From NCBI GenBank assembly GCA_963842525.1, contig CAWJGT010000003.1, forward strand, positions 256,001 to 320,000: 64,000 nucleotides of DNA, given 5' to 3'. This stretch comes from an uncultured Holophagales bacterium (lineage in GTDB: Bacteria > Acidobacteriota > Thermoanaerobaculia > Multivoradales > UBA5704). The notes below the pieces were generated by a model. It was given only the letters and a program-made list of their open reading frames with translations. It did not search any database and was not told the DNA's origin. This document shows positions 1 to 9,323 of the stretch, piece after piece. Made by a program: the position numbers and the translations under genes. Position 1 is the first letter of the stretch. Every line of letters begins with the position of its first letter.

Positions 1-1792
1 GGCGATGCCTCTCTACGACGAGGCGATCCGCCGCTATCGCGGGCTGGGCGATCTGCGGGGCTTGGCCGCGGTCCTCGACCGGCGCGGCACCGCCCTGGCC
101 CGGCTCGGCAGGTTGCCGGACGCCCTGGCCTCCTACCGCCGGGCTCTCGCCATCTTCCGGTCCACCGGCGAGCCCGGGAGCGAGGCTCACACCCTGGCCA
201 ACGTGGGGTGGATCCACGACGCGCTCGGCGATCCGCGGGCCGCCCTGGCCTGCCAGGAGCGGGCCCTCGGGCTGTTCCGCCGCCTGGGCGACCGCCATGC
301 CGAGGCGGAGACCCTGCTGGCCGTGGCGCGGGCCGAGCGCCGGCGCGGCCGCCTGGACCCGGCGCGCTCCCGCATCGAGGAGGCGCTCCGGCTCCTGGAA
401 GCCCTGCGCGGCGAGCCGCGCAGCCCGGAGCTGCGCACCTCGTATGTCGCCGTCCGCTACGACTTCTTCGAGCTTGCCATCGACCTCCTCATGGACCTCC
501 ACCGGCGCGATCCGCGGCAGGGCTTCGACGCCCGGGCCTTCGAGGTCAGCGAGCGCGCCCGGGCACGCAGCCTGATGGAGGAGATGGCCGCGGCGCGCTC
601 GCGGCAGCAACCCGGCGCGGACGATCACCCAGCGCCGGAGCCGCTCCGTCTGGAGGGGGTCCAGAGCCTCCTCGATCCGGACACGCTCCTCCTGGAGATC
701 GCGCTCGGCGAGCCGGCGAGCCATCTGTGGCTCGTGAGCCGGGACGGTCTGATCTCCCGGCGGCTCCCCGGCCGGGCGGCCCTGGAGGCGCAGGCGCAAA
801 GGGTCCGCGATCTGCTGCCGCGCAGCCACCGCCGGGGCGTCCGCCGGCAGGCCGACCTGGAGGCCGCCGCCCTCGGGCGGACCCTGCTCGGACCGGTGGT
901 CGACCAGATCGGGAGCCGCCGCCTGGTGATCGTGGCCGACGGTGCCCTCCTGGGTGTCCCCTTCGCCGCCCTGCCCATTCCCGACGGACCGGCGGCCGGC
1001 CGGCCGCTCCTGGCCGACCATGAGGTGGTCCAGCTTCCCTCCGCCTCCGTGCTCGGCCTCCTGCGCCGCCAGATGGCGAGCCGCCGGCCGCCGCCCCGCA
1101 CCCTCGCGGTGGTGGCGGACCCGGTCTTCACCGCGGACGACCCGCGCCTGCGGCGAGGCGACGTCCGGCTTGCCGCCCTGCCGGCTCTCGCGCGGCTTCC
1201 CTTCGCCGGCAGAGAGGCGGAAGCGCTCCTGCGCCTGGTGCCGGCCGAGGACCGGCTTGCCGCGCTCGGCTTCGCCGCCAGCCGGGAGACCGTGCTGGGC
1301 GGGGGGCTGGCCGATTACCGCATCGTCCACTTCGCCACCCACGCCTTCCTCGATGCCGGGCACCCCGAGCTGTCGGGGCTCGCCCTCTCCCGCTTCGACC
1401 CGGGCGGACGGCCGCGGGAAGGCGATCTGCGCGCCTGGGAGATCTACGGCCTCGATCTGCCGGCCGACCTGGTGGTGCTGAGCGCCTGCCGCACGGCGCT
1501 GGGCCGCCACGTGCCCGGCGAGGGCCTGATGGGCCTCACCCGCGCCTTCCTCCATGCCGGCGCCGGCCGCGTTCTGGTGAGCCTCTGGAACGTCAACGAC
1601 GAGGCCACGGCCGAGCTGATGAGTCACTTCTACCGCAACCTGCTGGAGCGCGGTGTCCGCGGCGTCCGCGGTGTCCGCGGCGTCCCGGCCGGCCGCGCCC
1701 TGCGCGAGGCCCAGCTCGCGCTGCGCAGCGATCCCCGTTGGGAGGCGCCCTACTACTGGGCGGGCTTCACGCTGCAGGGAGATTGGAGGTGA
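1..1792 (+). CDS. TPR-repeat + CHAT (caspase HetF-associated) protease, 5'-truncated by the window edge
   Basis: TPR-like repeats (A..LAN.G.I...LG....AL...ERAL); CHAT catalytic motifs IVHFATHA and LVVLSACRT; C-terminal PYYWAGFTLQGDW. Confidence 0.92.
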   Translation, partial: AMPLYDEAIRRYRGLGDLRGLAAVLDRRGTALARLGRLPDALASYRRALAIFRSTGEPGSEAHTLANVGWIHDALGDPRAALACQERALGLFRRLGDRHAEAETLLAVARAERRRGRLDPARSRIEEALRLLEALRGEPRSPELRTSYVAVRYDFFELAIDLLMDLHRRDPRQGFDARAFEVSERARARSLMEEMAAARSRQQPGADDHPAPEPLRLEGVQSLLDPDTLLLEIALGEPASHLWLVSRDGLISRRLPGRAALEAQAQRVRDLLPRSHRRGVRRQADLEAAALGRTLLGPVVDQIGSRRLVIVADGALLGVPFAALPIPDGPAAGRPLLADHEVVQLPSASVLGLLRRQMASRRPPPRTLAVVADPVFTADDPRLRRGDVRLAALPALARLPFAGREAEALLRLVPAEDRLAALGFAASRETVLGGGLADYRIVHFATHAFLDAGHPELSGLALSRFDPGGRPREGDLRAWEIYGLDLPADLVVLSACRTALGRHVPGEGLMGLTRAFLHAGAGRVLVSLWNVNDEATAELMSHFYRNLLERGVRGVRGVRGVPAGRALREAQLALRSDPRWEAPYYWAGFTLQGDWR

Positions 1793-1872
1793 TCTGAACA
1801 AATCGCCCTTCCGCCGGGTCACTAGGGCCTGGACAGAGACGAACGAGATCGGCAACCGCCAAAGGAGGCAAG

Positions 1873-2007
1873 ATGAACCGCGAAGCATTCGGCCCCAACG
1901 TGCTCGGACCCGTCCATGAGTCCACTCCTCCGCCCGATGAGAACGACGGTTCCAAGACCGGTCGAGAGGTCCCGCCTGCCACGCCGCCGAAGCCTGGGCG
2001 GAGCTGA
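1873..2007 (+). CDS. 44-aa Pro-rich small protein (MNREAFGPNVLGPVHESTPPPDENDGSKTGREVPPATPPKPGRS)
   Basis: AAAGGAGG Shine-Dalgarno at 1861-1868, ATG 1873, TGA 2005-2007; fills the gap between the CHAT and caspase genes; below the ORF-track length cutoff. Confidence 0.6.
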   Translation: MNREAFGPNVLGPVHESTPPPDENDGSKTGREVPPATPPKPGRS

Positions 2008-2031
2008 TCCGGGCCTCTGGAGGAACCAACC

Positions 2032-4064
2032 ATGCCCGAGCCGCGCCGCAAGCATGCGCTCGTCATCGGCATTGACCGCTATCCCGGGATGGGCGAGAAG
2101 CTCCAGCTCCGGGGGTGCGTCAACGACGCCAAGCTCATCACGCAGGAGCTGTGCGGCCGGTTCGGGTTCCCTTCCAAGGACGTGACCGTCCTGAAGGACG
2201 AGGCGGCGACCCGGGACGGCATCCTGTCGGCGATGCGCGGGCTGCTGGAGCGGGTGGGCCGCGACGAGGTCGTGGTCGTCACCTACAGCGGCCATGGCTC
2301 ATGGATGCCCGATCCCGACGGCGACGAGCCGGACGGCCGCGACGAGACCATCGTCCCCTTCGACAGCGGCCGGGGGGACCACCCCTGCCGCGATATCCCC
2401 GACGACGAGATCCATGCCTGGCTGCTCGACCTGAGCGAGGTCACCCCCTACATCACCCTGATCTTCGACTCCTGCTTTTCGGGGGGGATCGTCCGCGACA
2501 CGTTCTCGGCGCGGACCCGCTGGGTGCCGCCCCACGACCGCCCGGTCGAAGCTGCCCGCCGCTTCCGGCCGCGCGCGCGGGGCCTGCGCTGTTCCCCGTC
2601 GCCGAAAGGTCCCAGCGGATGGCTCCCGCTTGAGCGAGCGCTATATGCTGCTTGCGGGCTGCCGCCACGACGAGTGCTCGCACGAGCATGCGGCCCGGCC
2701 GGAGAGATGGCGGGTGGCCTTCTACCACGGAGCGCTCACCTACTTCCTCTGGAAGGAGATGGACGAGGCATGCGCGGAGGATGAGCTATCGCGACATGTT
2801 CGAGCGTGCGAGCGGCCGGGTGACGGCCGGTTTCCCGCCAGCATCCACAGCTGGAAGGGGCGCGGGACCGCGGGCCGTTCGGCTCCCGCCTCTTCGCGCC
2901 CTCGCGCTTTCTGCCTGTTTGCGGTCGCCGGGGGGAGCGGATCACGATCGGCGGCGGGGCGGCGCACGGGCCTGACGGTCGGATCGGAGTGGGCGATCCA
3001 CCCCCAGGGGCGCCAAGGCCGCGGACGGGACTCCGCGCCTCGCTCTGGCCCGGGTCTGCCGGGTCGACGCCGTGCAGGCGGAGGCGAGATCCGTGGGGGA
3101 GGACGGCTCGTCGTCCCGTGCAGGCCGGGGGACCGGGCCTTCGAGCACGCCCACCAGTACGGTGAGATGCGGCTGGCCGTCGAGATCGACGCGCCGGAAG
3201 GTTCGCGGGAGGACCTGGCCCGGGCTGTCCATCGCTCGAGCCTGTTGCGCCTGGCGAAGAGGAGGGAAAGCGGCAGGCGAAGGTTACCTCCTCTCTCCGC
3301 GACAGCGGTGGAGCGAAGTGATCCCGTGCCGCAGCTCGGAACGGTCGCCGAGCCGGTATGGGCTGTTGTCGGGCAGGACGGCGATCTGCTGATGCCGGTG
3401 TGATCCCCGCTGGAGAGCCCGGCGCTCTCGGCCGGCTCGTCGACAACCTCAATGCCCGCGCCCGCTACGAGAACATCCTGCAGCTCGAAAATCACGATCC
3501 GGAGAGCCGGCTAAGGGGTGCATCCGTTTCCGCCTGCTGCGCCGGCAAGGCGAGAGATGGGAGCCGGCCGAGGGAGACTCCGCCGTCTTCGCCGAAGGGG
3601 AGAGACTGGCCCTGGAAGTCGAGAACCGGTGCGACGGAGCCGGTCTACATCAGCGTCCTGGACCTCGGCCTCTCCGGACGGGTCAGCCAGGTCTATCCTG
3701 TACGCGGCGCCCGCGAGCCGCTGGCGCCGGGCAGGACCCTGCAGGTCGGCGTACGGAAAGGCGAGGAGCTGGAGTTGTACATGCCCCGGGCCTTCCCGTT
3801 CACCGGCGACCCCGCGACCGCCGAAGGCACCGAGCACCTCAAGCTCTTCGCCACCACCGGCGAGGCCGACTTCGAGCTGCTGGAGCAGGGGGATACCGCG
3901 CCGTGCGCGCGACGCGCCAATCCGCGGACCCGCTGGCCGAGCTGCTGAGCGCGGCCCTGGCCGAGGACGCCATGCGCGAGATCCGGCCCACAGGCCCATG
4001 TCCCGGACGCCGACTGGACCACGGTGACGCGCCCGTTCCTCTGCGGCGGAGGAAAGGGTCGTGA
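2032..4064 (+). CDS. caspase family (peptidase C14) protein with C-terminal DUF4384-like domain; several frameshifts
   Basis: HALVIGIDRY..LRGCVNDA, His motif YSGHGS, Cys motif FDSCFSGG; continues in frames 2630-3403 (LLAGCR, HGALTYFL) and 3358-3948 (VYISVLDLGLSG, EHLKLFATT); a TGA overlaps the next GTG. Confidence 0.8.
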
Positions 4065-6949
4065 AGTACCGGGATTTCGTGGTGCAGATCGGGCCGCCGG
4101 CCGGAGAGGTCTTCCCGGTGCGGGTCCTGGAGTCGCCGGCGGGTGCCGGTTCCGGCGAGTCCGTATGCCTGAGATGGTGCCGGCGGGTTCGAGCAGCGGC
4201 GAGGGTGCGCGAGACGTGGCCGGGCCGCTGCACGGCGGCTCTCTGCCCGCGCCCGAGGAGATGGGACGGAGGCTCTTCGCGGCTCTCTTCACGGGCGAGA
4301 TCCGGGACCGCTACTACCAGAGCCGGGGTGGCATCGACGACGGCGAAGGTCTGCGCATCCAGATCCGCTGCGATCCGCGCCAGCCGGATCTCCTGCCGAT
4401 CCAGGCCCTGCCCTGGGAAGCTCCTCTTTCAATCCGACGCCCGCTGCTTTCTCGGCCTCGACCGCCGAACGCCGGTCGTCCGCTATCTGGATGTGCCCGC
4501 GCCGGTGGAGCCGGCACCCCTGCCGGAACGGCTGCGGATCCTTGCCGTCCTCACCGCGCCGCCCGCATCGCCGAACAGTCCGCTGCTCGACCTGGAGCGG
4601 GAGCGCCGCTGGATCGAGGAGGCCTGCGGCGCCCAGCCGCGCCTCGAGCTGACGATCCTGGAGCGACCCGATCCGCAGGCCCTCCGCGACGAGCTGCTGC
4701 GTGCGGTGTCTCGCCGGGAGCCCTACCACGTGCTCCACTTCGCGGGGCACGGCACCTTCGACGGCGAGCGCGGCGAGGGAGCGCTGCTCTTCGCGACCGC
4801 GGAGGGCGAGGCGCGGCCGTTGACAGGGGACGAGCTGGCGCTCCTGGTGCGCGGCACCGGCGGGCTGCGGCTGGCCGTCCTCAACGCCTGCCACAGCGGC
4901 AGGATGGGTGCGGAGCCGGACCAGGATGCCTTCGCCGGCGTGGCGGCGGCGCTGCTCCTGGGCGGCCTCCCCGCGGTGCTCGGCATGCGCCGGCCCATCC
5001 CGGACGACTCGGCCGTCGCTTTCAGCGCCACCCTCTACCGGCGCCTCGCGCTGGGCGAGCCGATCGACGCCGCGGTCACCGAGGCCCGCCTGGCCATCTA
5101 CCGCCGCGGCCGCCCGGCGGCGGAGTGGAGCACGCCGGTGCTCTTCCTGCGCGCCCCCGACGGCCGGCTCTTCGCGGGCGAGGAAGGCGGCGACGCTGCC
5201 GCGCTCGCCGGCTACCTGGGGCGCCTCCGCGAGGCCTGCGCCGCGGCGTTCGCGACCCAGCTCGTCCGGCCCGACCGCCTGTACGTACCGCAGTTCGCCG
5301 GCCCGCACGGTGGAGAGCCGGCCGCCGAGGTCGAGCTGCTTGGCGAGATGCTCGGCTTCTGGCAGGGCGAGCAGCCGCGGGTCGCGGTCCTCGGCAACTA
5401 TGGGATGGGCAAGAGCTATTTTGCCTGGAAGACCGTGCTCGATCAGGCCGAGCGCGCTGGCGGAGCGCGGGGCCGCATCCCCGTGCTCTTTCCGCTGCGC
5501 GACTTCAACTACGGGGCCGCCGAGGCTGCGGAGGGGCTGCGGCACGACCTGGTGGACCAGATCCTGGGCCATCTCCGGCGGCTCGACTTCCCGGTGGCGT
5601 CGCGGCGCGAGCTCGTGCGCTGGATCGAGGACGGCCGCATCGGCATCGTCCTCGACGGCTTGGACGAGCTGCAGATCCCCGGCAACGTCTCGTGGCGGAG
5701 CGTCCTCGCGCCCCTCGCCGCCATCCCCGGCGCGTGCTTCGCCGTCACCGCGCGCACGGCCTATGTGGGCGGCGCGGCGGAGCTCGACGGCTGGCGCGTC
5801 CTCCACCTCCTGGAATGGAGCGAGCGGGAGTGGCGGCGCTTCCTGGAGCTCCGGGAGGACCGGCTCGCCGCGGTCGGCGGCGTCGATGCCTTCCTTGCCC
5901 TGGTGGCGAACCGACCCCAGCTCTCCCAGCTCACCACGCGCCCCCTCTGGTGCGCCATGATCGCGGCGGTCGCCGACCGGATCGCCGGCCTGGAGGACCT
6001 GGATCTCCCCGGGCTCTACCAGGAGTTCTTCGACGAGGCTGTCCGGCGCCGCAAGCTGGCGCACCAGGTCCTGTCCGTCCCGTGGCGCTACTGCGCCATG
6101 GAGCGCTTCGCCGAGGAGTGCGTGCTCGAGCGCCGGTCGTCGCTGCACGAGCGCCAGCTCGTCGCCCTGCTGACCGCGCTCTTCGAAACCATCGGGGAGC
6201 CGCGGCTGCGCGAATACCTGGCGCAGGAGGCGAAGACGTACGCCTTCCTCAACTGCGATCCCTACCGCCACTACAGCTTCGGGCATGCCTCGTTCGAGGG
6301 CGATTTCCTGGCCGCGCGCATCGCCCGCCGGCTCGTCGGGGAGGCCACGGGGCGGCCGTCGGGGCCGCCGGAACGGGTCCCCGGGCGCGACGTCCTCCTG
6401 GCCTGGGGCCTCGACGAGGACCAGGTGACCTTCGCGGCCGGCATCCTTCAGGGCGACCGGATCCTCCGCTCCCTGGGGATGCTGGAGCCCGAGGACGAGG
6501 GCCATGCGCAGCTCTACGCCGCCGTCTCCGAGGACCTCCGGAAGCGCCTGGAGAGCGACGGCGAGCCGCCGCCGCTGCGGCGCAATCTTTTCCGCCTTTT
6601 GCTCGCGCTGTCGCGTGGCCGGCGGCGCCCGCGGCTGCGCGGCCTTCGCCTCGACGGCGTGGATCTGTCAGGCCTCGACCTGTCCGGCTGCGACTTCGAG
6701 AACGTGGGGTTTGAAGGGGCCAACCTCTCCGCGGCGCGCTTCGCGAACAGCCGGCTGGCGCGCTGCGTCTTCCATGGCGCGGTGATCGACGGCGCCGACT
6801 TCACGGGCGCCGATCTGGCCGGGGCCGATCTGCGCGGGGTCGACCTGCCGCAGGTCCCGCCGGTCCTCGCCGGCCTGCGCAACGCGGACAGGGCCCAATT
6901 GGACGCGCGGGAGCGCCGGATTTTCGCGCTCTCTGACCGGGAGGGTTGA
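4061..6949 (+). CDS. CHAT-NACHT-pentapeptide repeat protein (NLR-like STAND NTPase)
   Basis: CHAT YHVLHFAGHG / LAVLNACHSG; Walker A GNYGMGKS; Walker B IVLDGLDE; C-terminal A(D/N)L pentapeptides; compensating frameshifts ~4165-4430 (real segment ...GRRLFAALF...LPWE lies in the 4024 frame). Confidence 0.88.
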   Translation: MKYRDFVVQIGPPAGEVFPVRVLESPAGAGSGESVCLRWCRRVRAAARVRETWPGRCTAALCPRPRRWDGGSSRLSSRARSGTATTRAGVASTTAKVCASRSAAIRASRISCRSRPCPGKLLFQSDARCFLGLDRRTPVVRYLDVPAPVEPAPLPERLRILAVLTAPPASPNSPLLDLERERRWIEEACGAQPRLELTILERPDPQALRDELLRAVSRREPYHVLHFAGHGTFDGERGEGALLFATAEGEARPLTGDELALLVRGTGGLRLAVLNACHSGRMGAEPDQDAFAGVAAALLLGGLPAVLGMRRPIPDDSAVAFSATLYRRLALGEPIDAAVTEARLAIYRRGRPAAEWSTPVLFLRAPDGRLFAGEEGGDAAALAGYLGRLREACAAAFATQLVRPDRLYVPQFAGPHGGEPAAEVELLGEMLGFWQGEQPRVAVLGNYGMGKSYFAWKTVLDQAERAGGARGRIPVLFPLRDFNYGAAEAAEGLRHDLVDQILGHLRRLDFPVASRRELVRWIEDGRIGIVLDGLDELQIPGNVSWRSVLAPLAAIPGACFAVTARTAYVGGAAELDGWRVLHLLEWSEREWRRFLELREDRLAAVGGVDAFLALVANRPQLSQLTTRPLWCAMIAAVADRIAGLEDLDLPGLYQEFFDEAVRRRKLAHQVLSVPWRYCAMERFAEECVLERRSSLHERQLVALLTALFETIGEPRLREYLAQEAKTYAFLNCDPYRHYSFGHASFEGDFLAARIARRLVGEATGRPSGPPERVPGRDVLLAWGLDEDQVTFAAGILQGDRILRSLGMLEPEDEGHAQLYAAVSEDLRKRLESDGEPPPLRRNLFRLLLALSRGRRRPRLRGLRLDGVDLSGLDLSGCDFENVGFEGANLSAARFANSRLARCVFHGAVIDGADFTGADLAGADLRGVDLPQVPPVLAGLRNADRAQLDARERRIFALSDREG

Positions 6950-6952
6950 GCC

Positions 6953-8527
6953 GTGTGGGAGCCGCTGCTCGAACGCGAGATCGAGAGCTGCACGTCGCCG
7001 GGGTGGTGGCGCGGGAGCGGCCAGCGGACGGTGTTCTGTCTCCTCGACCCACCCCGCCACGCCCTGCCCGCGGAGGCCTACCGCAAGGCGCAGGAGAGCA
7101 CAGTGCAGGTGTTCGCCGCGGTCCAGCAGTACCGCGCCGCTCCGCTCCCCATCGGCCTGCAGGACGATTTCTGGACGGTGGCGCAGAGGGATCTCGGCCC
7201 CGCCTTCGATCGTCCCCTCGCAGCCGATACTGCCGGCTACATCCAGCGCGGCGGCACCGGCATCGTGGCGGCCATCGCCGCGGCCAAGCCGCGTCCGCCG
7301 GTCCTGCGGCTGGAGAGCGAAGGCTTCGTCGCGGCCTACCAGCGCCTCCAGCAGGAGGCCATCTCGTTCATGGAGGATGCGGCGCCGTTCTTCGGCGCCC
7401 TGGTCGGCGCCTGGCGCGAGGCCGAGGCGCGGGTCGCCACGCCCGGGGTCCGCGAGCTGCGAGCGGCGCTGGAGGGCTTCCGGTCGCTCCAGGGAGGGCT
7501 GAGCGGCTCCCTGCGGGGGATCGCCGGCCTCGCCCGGTCCCTGGGCGTGGACCTGGAGACGCCGGCCTACCGGCCGATTGCCCTGTACGAGAAGATCGCC
7601 GAGCTCGAAGAGGGGCTCGACGAAGCCGCCACCAACCGTGACAAGAAGGCGCTGGAAGACGAGATCCGGGCACGCGTAAAGCCGCAGGCCGTCGAGCCGC
7701 GCGCCGCCGTGGAGCTCGCCCTCTACGAGCTGCTCGACCGCCACGAGGACGACGAGGACTACCGCGAGACCATCGCGGCCTTCCGCGAGCTGCTCGCACA
7801 GCCGGTCCTCCCGCCGCTGCCTGACTGGCTCCCCCGGTCGGTCGCCGAGAAGGTCGAGGGCTTCAGCGGCGACTACCTCGTCCAGGCGATCCGTATCCGG
7901 CCGGAGGATCAGCACCGGCCGCACAAGGGGCACGGCGAGCTGGTCTCGCGCCTCCTGGAGCTGGCCATCGTCCTGGGCATCGATCCGGCGCGCTATGCGC
8001 GGCTGCAGCGATTCGTCTACATCTCCAACCTCAACCACAGCATTCACGCGCTCAGCGGCTACGCTGCCGGCCCGGCGCTCCTGGCCGCGGTCGAAAAGCT
8101 GGGCGAGACCCTGCTCGCCCGCCGCGCCTCGGACCGCGAGAGGCGGCTCCTGGAGCAGGACCGGATGGCTCGATTCCTCGCCGAGCTGGGGAGGTTCCAC
8201 CTGGTCTACGACGCCGGCCTGCGGCGGGTGGTCCTGGGCTTCGACCTCGCCGGCTTCTGCCGCCTGCTGGCCGATCTGGGCGCCCGGCTCCCTGCCGGCT
8301 GGGAGGAGCGGGCGGCCGATCTCGATCGCCGGTTCGCGGCGGTGCGCGAGCTCTACCAGCGGACCCTCCTGCGCGGCAAGGACCTGGCAGGCAGCCTGCT
8401 CGCCGGCGCGGCGCAGCTCGGCGCGAGCGCCGCGATCCTCTACTGCGACGGCTACCTGAACCAGATCCTGGCCCCCTGGCTCCAGGGGCGCGATATCTCC
8501 TACTCCTTTCTCGTGCCGAAATGGTGA
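6953..8527 (+). CDS. hypothetical 524-aa protein, possibly a degenerate EreA/ChaN/TIKI-like fold with a helical insertion
   Basis: Long ORF with GC3-rich codon usage, 3 bp after the NACHT gene; C-terminal R..L...LL....AILYCDG.....L....ISYSFLVPK pattern. Confidence 0.75.
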   Translation: MWEPLLEREIESCTSPGWWRGSGQRTVFCLLDPPRHALPAEAYRKAQESTVQVFAAVQQYRAAPLPIGLQDDFWTVAQRDLGPAFDRPLAADTAGYIQRGGTGIVAAIAAAKPRPPVLRLESEGFVAAYQRLQQEAISFMEDAAPFFGALVGAWREAEARVATPGVRELRAALEGFRSLQGGLSGSLRGIAGLARSLGVDLETPAYRPIALYEKIAELEEGLDEAATNRDKKALEDEIRARVKPQAVEPRAAVELALYELLDRHEDDEDYRETIAAFRELLAQPVLPPLPDWLPRSVAEKVEGFSGDYLVQAIRIRPEDQHRPHKGHGELVSRLLELAIVLGIDPARYARLQRFVYISNLNHSIHALSGYAAGPALLAAVEKLGETLLARRASDRERRLLEQDRMARFLAELGRFHLVYDAGLRRVVLGFDLAGFCRLLADLGARLPAGWEERAADLDRRFAAVRELYQRTLLRGKDLAGSLLAGAAQLGASAAILYCDGYLNQILAPWLQGRDISYSFLVPKW

Positions 8528-8540
8528 AAGGAGGAACGGC

Positions 8541-9206
8541 GTGGCAGATCTTTCCGATGTTCCCGCAGCCGCTGCCGAGACGGTGGAGAAGAGCTGCCGG
8601 GGGAACCGCTACTGCTCGTTCACCGGACCCTTTCACCCGGAGCACCTGGCGGGGACCGGCCGCGGCCGGCCGCACGTAGTGGGGCGCTGCTACAGCTTCG
8701 GCTGCGGTGCCTACGTCTGCGACCGCTGCGCGCACCGCCGGCCCCTGCCCGGGCCGGACGGCCAGGCTTCCGGCCGGCTCGAAATGCTGTGCTGCCCCTT
8801 TGACGGCGAGCCTCTCGGGCGCGGCGACACGTGGCTGGTCCTCAGCCCGGAGGGGCGGGTCCGTCTTCCCTTAACTGCTGAACGTGGAGGGTCAAAGATC
8901 ATGCTTCTCACCCGGCAGCACTTCATCGAAATCGGACAGCAGTACAAGGTCTCCGAGGGCGAGGCGGCCACCATGTTCAACGTCTATGAGAGCGGCTTCC
9001 GCGAAACGGCACCGCCACACGCGCCGATGGAGGTCAATGAAGGCGTCCTCCAGACAATCCATCTCATCATGGTGCTGGTCTCCGCCTACAAGAGCGGTGG
9101 GATCAGCGACGAGGAGCTGGCCCGGGGCCTTCAGAAAGCGTTTGCTGACCGGCAAAAAGCAGCGCAGCCGAAGCGCGGCTTTTTTGCACGCCTCTTCGGA
9201 AGGTGA
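8541..9206 (+). CDS. hypothetical Cys-rich Zn-finger protein with C-terminal amphipathic helix
   Basis: AAGGAGG RBS before GTG; CxxxxxC...CxxxxCxxxxCxxC...CCPFD; ends KRGFFARLFGR; possible internal start at 8901. Confidence 0.7.
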   Translation: MADLSDVPAAAAETVEKSCRGNRYCSFTGPFHPEHLAGTGRGRPHVVGRCYSFGCGAYVCDRCAHRRPLPGPDGQASGRLEMLCCPFDGEPLGRGDTWLVLSPEGRVRLPLTAERGGSKIMLLTRQHFIEIGQQYKVSEGEAATMFNVYESGFRETAPPHAPMEVNEGVLQTIHLIMVLVSAYKSGGISDEELARGLQKAFADRQKAAQPKRGFFARLFGR

Positions 9207-9252
9207 GCCCCGTTCGCCTGAAACCTCCGCATCCTCCCGCCGTATCTCCCTC

Positions 9253-9298
9253 TTGACGACAGATGTAGTCACCGGGTAGGATGACTACAGACGTAGGC
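9253..9298 (+). promoter_or_regulatory. sigma70 promoter with two BlaI/CopY-type operator boxes
   Basis: TTGACG (9253) N18 TAGGAT (9277); GACGACAGATGTAGTC (9255-9270) and GACTACAGACGTAGGC (9283-9298) resemble TACA-N2-TGTA. Confidence 0.7.
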
Positions 9299-9323
9299 AG
9301 ATGTGGAGAACGACGGAGGACGG

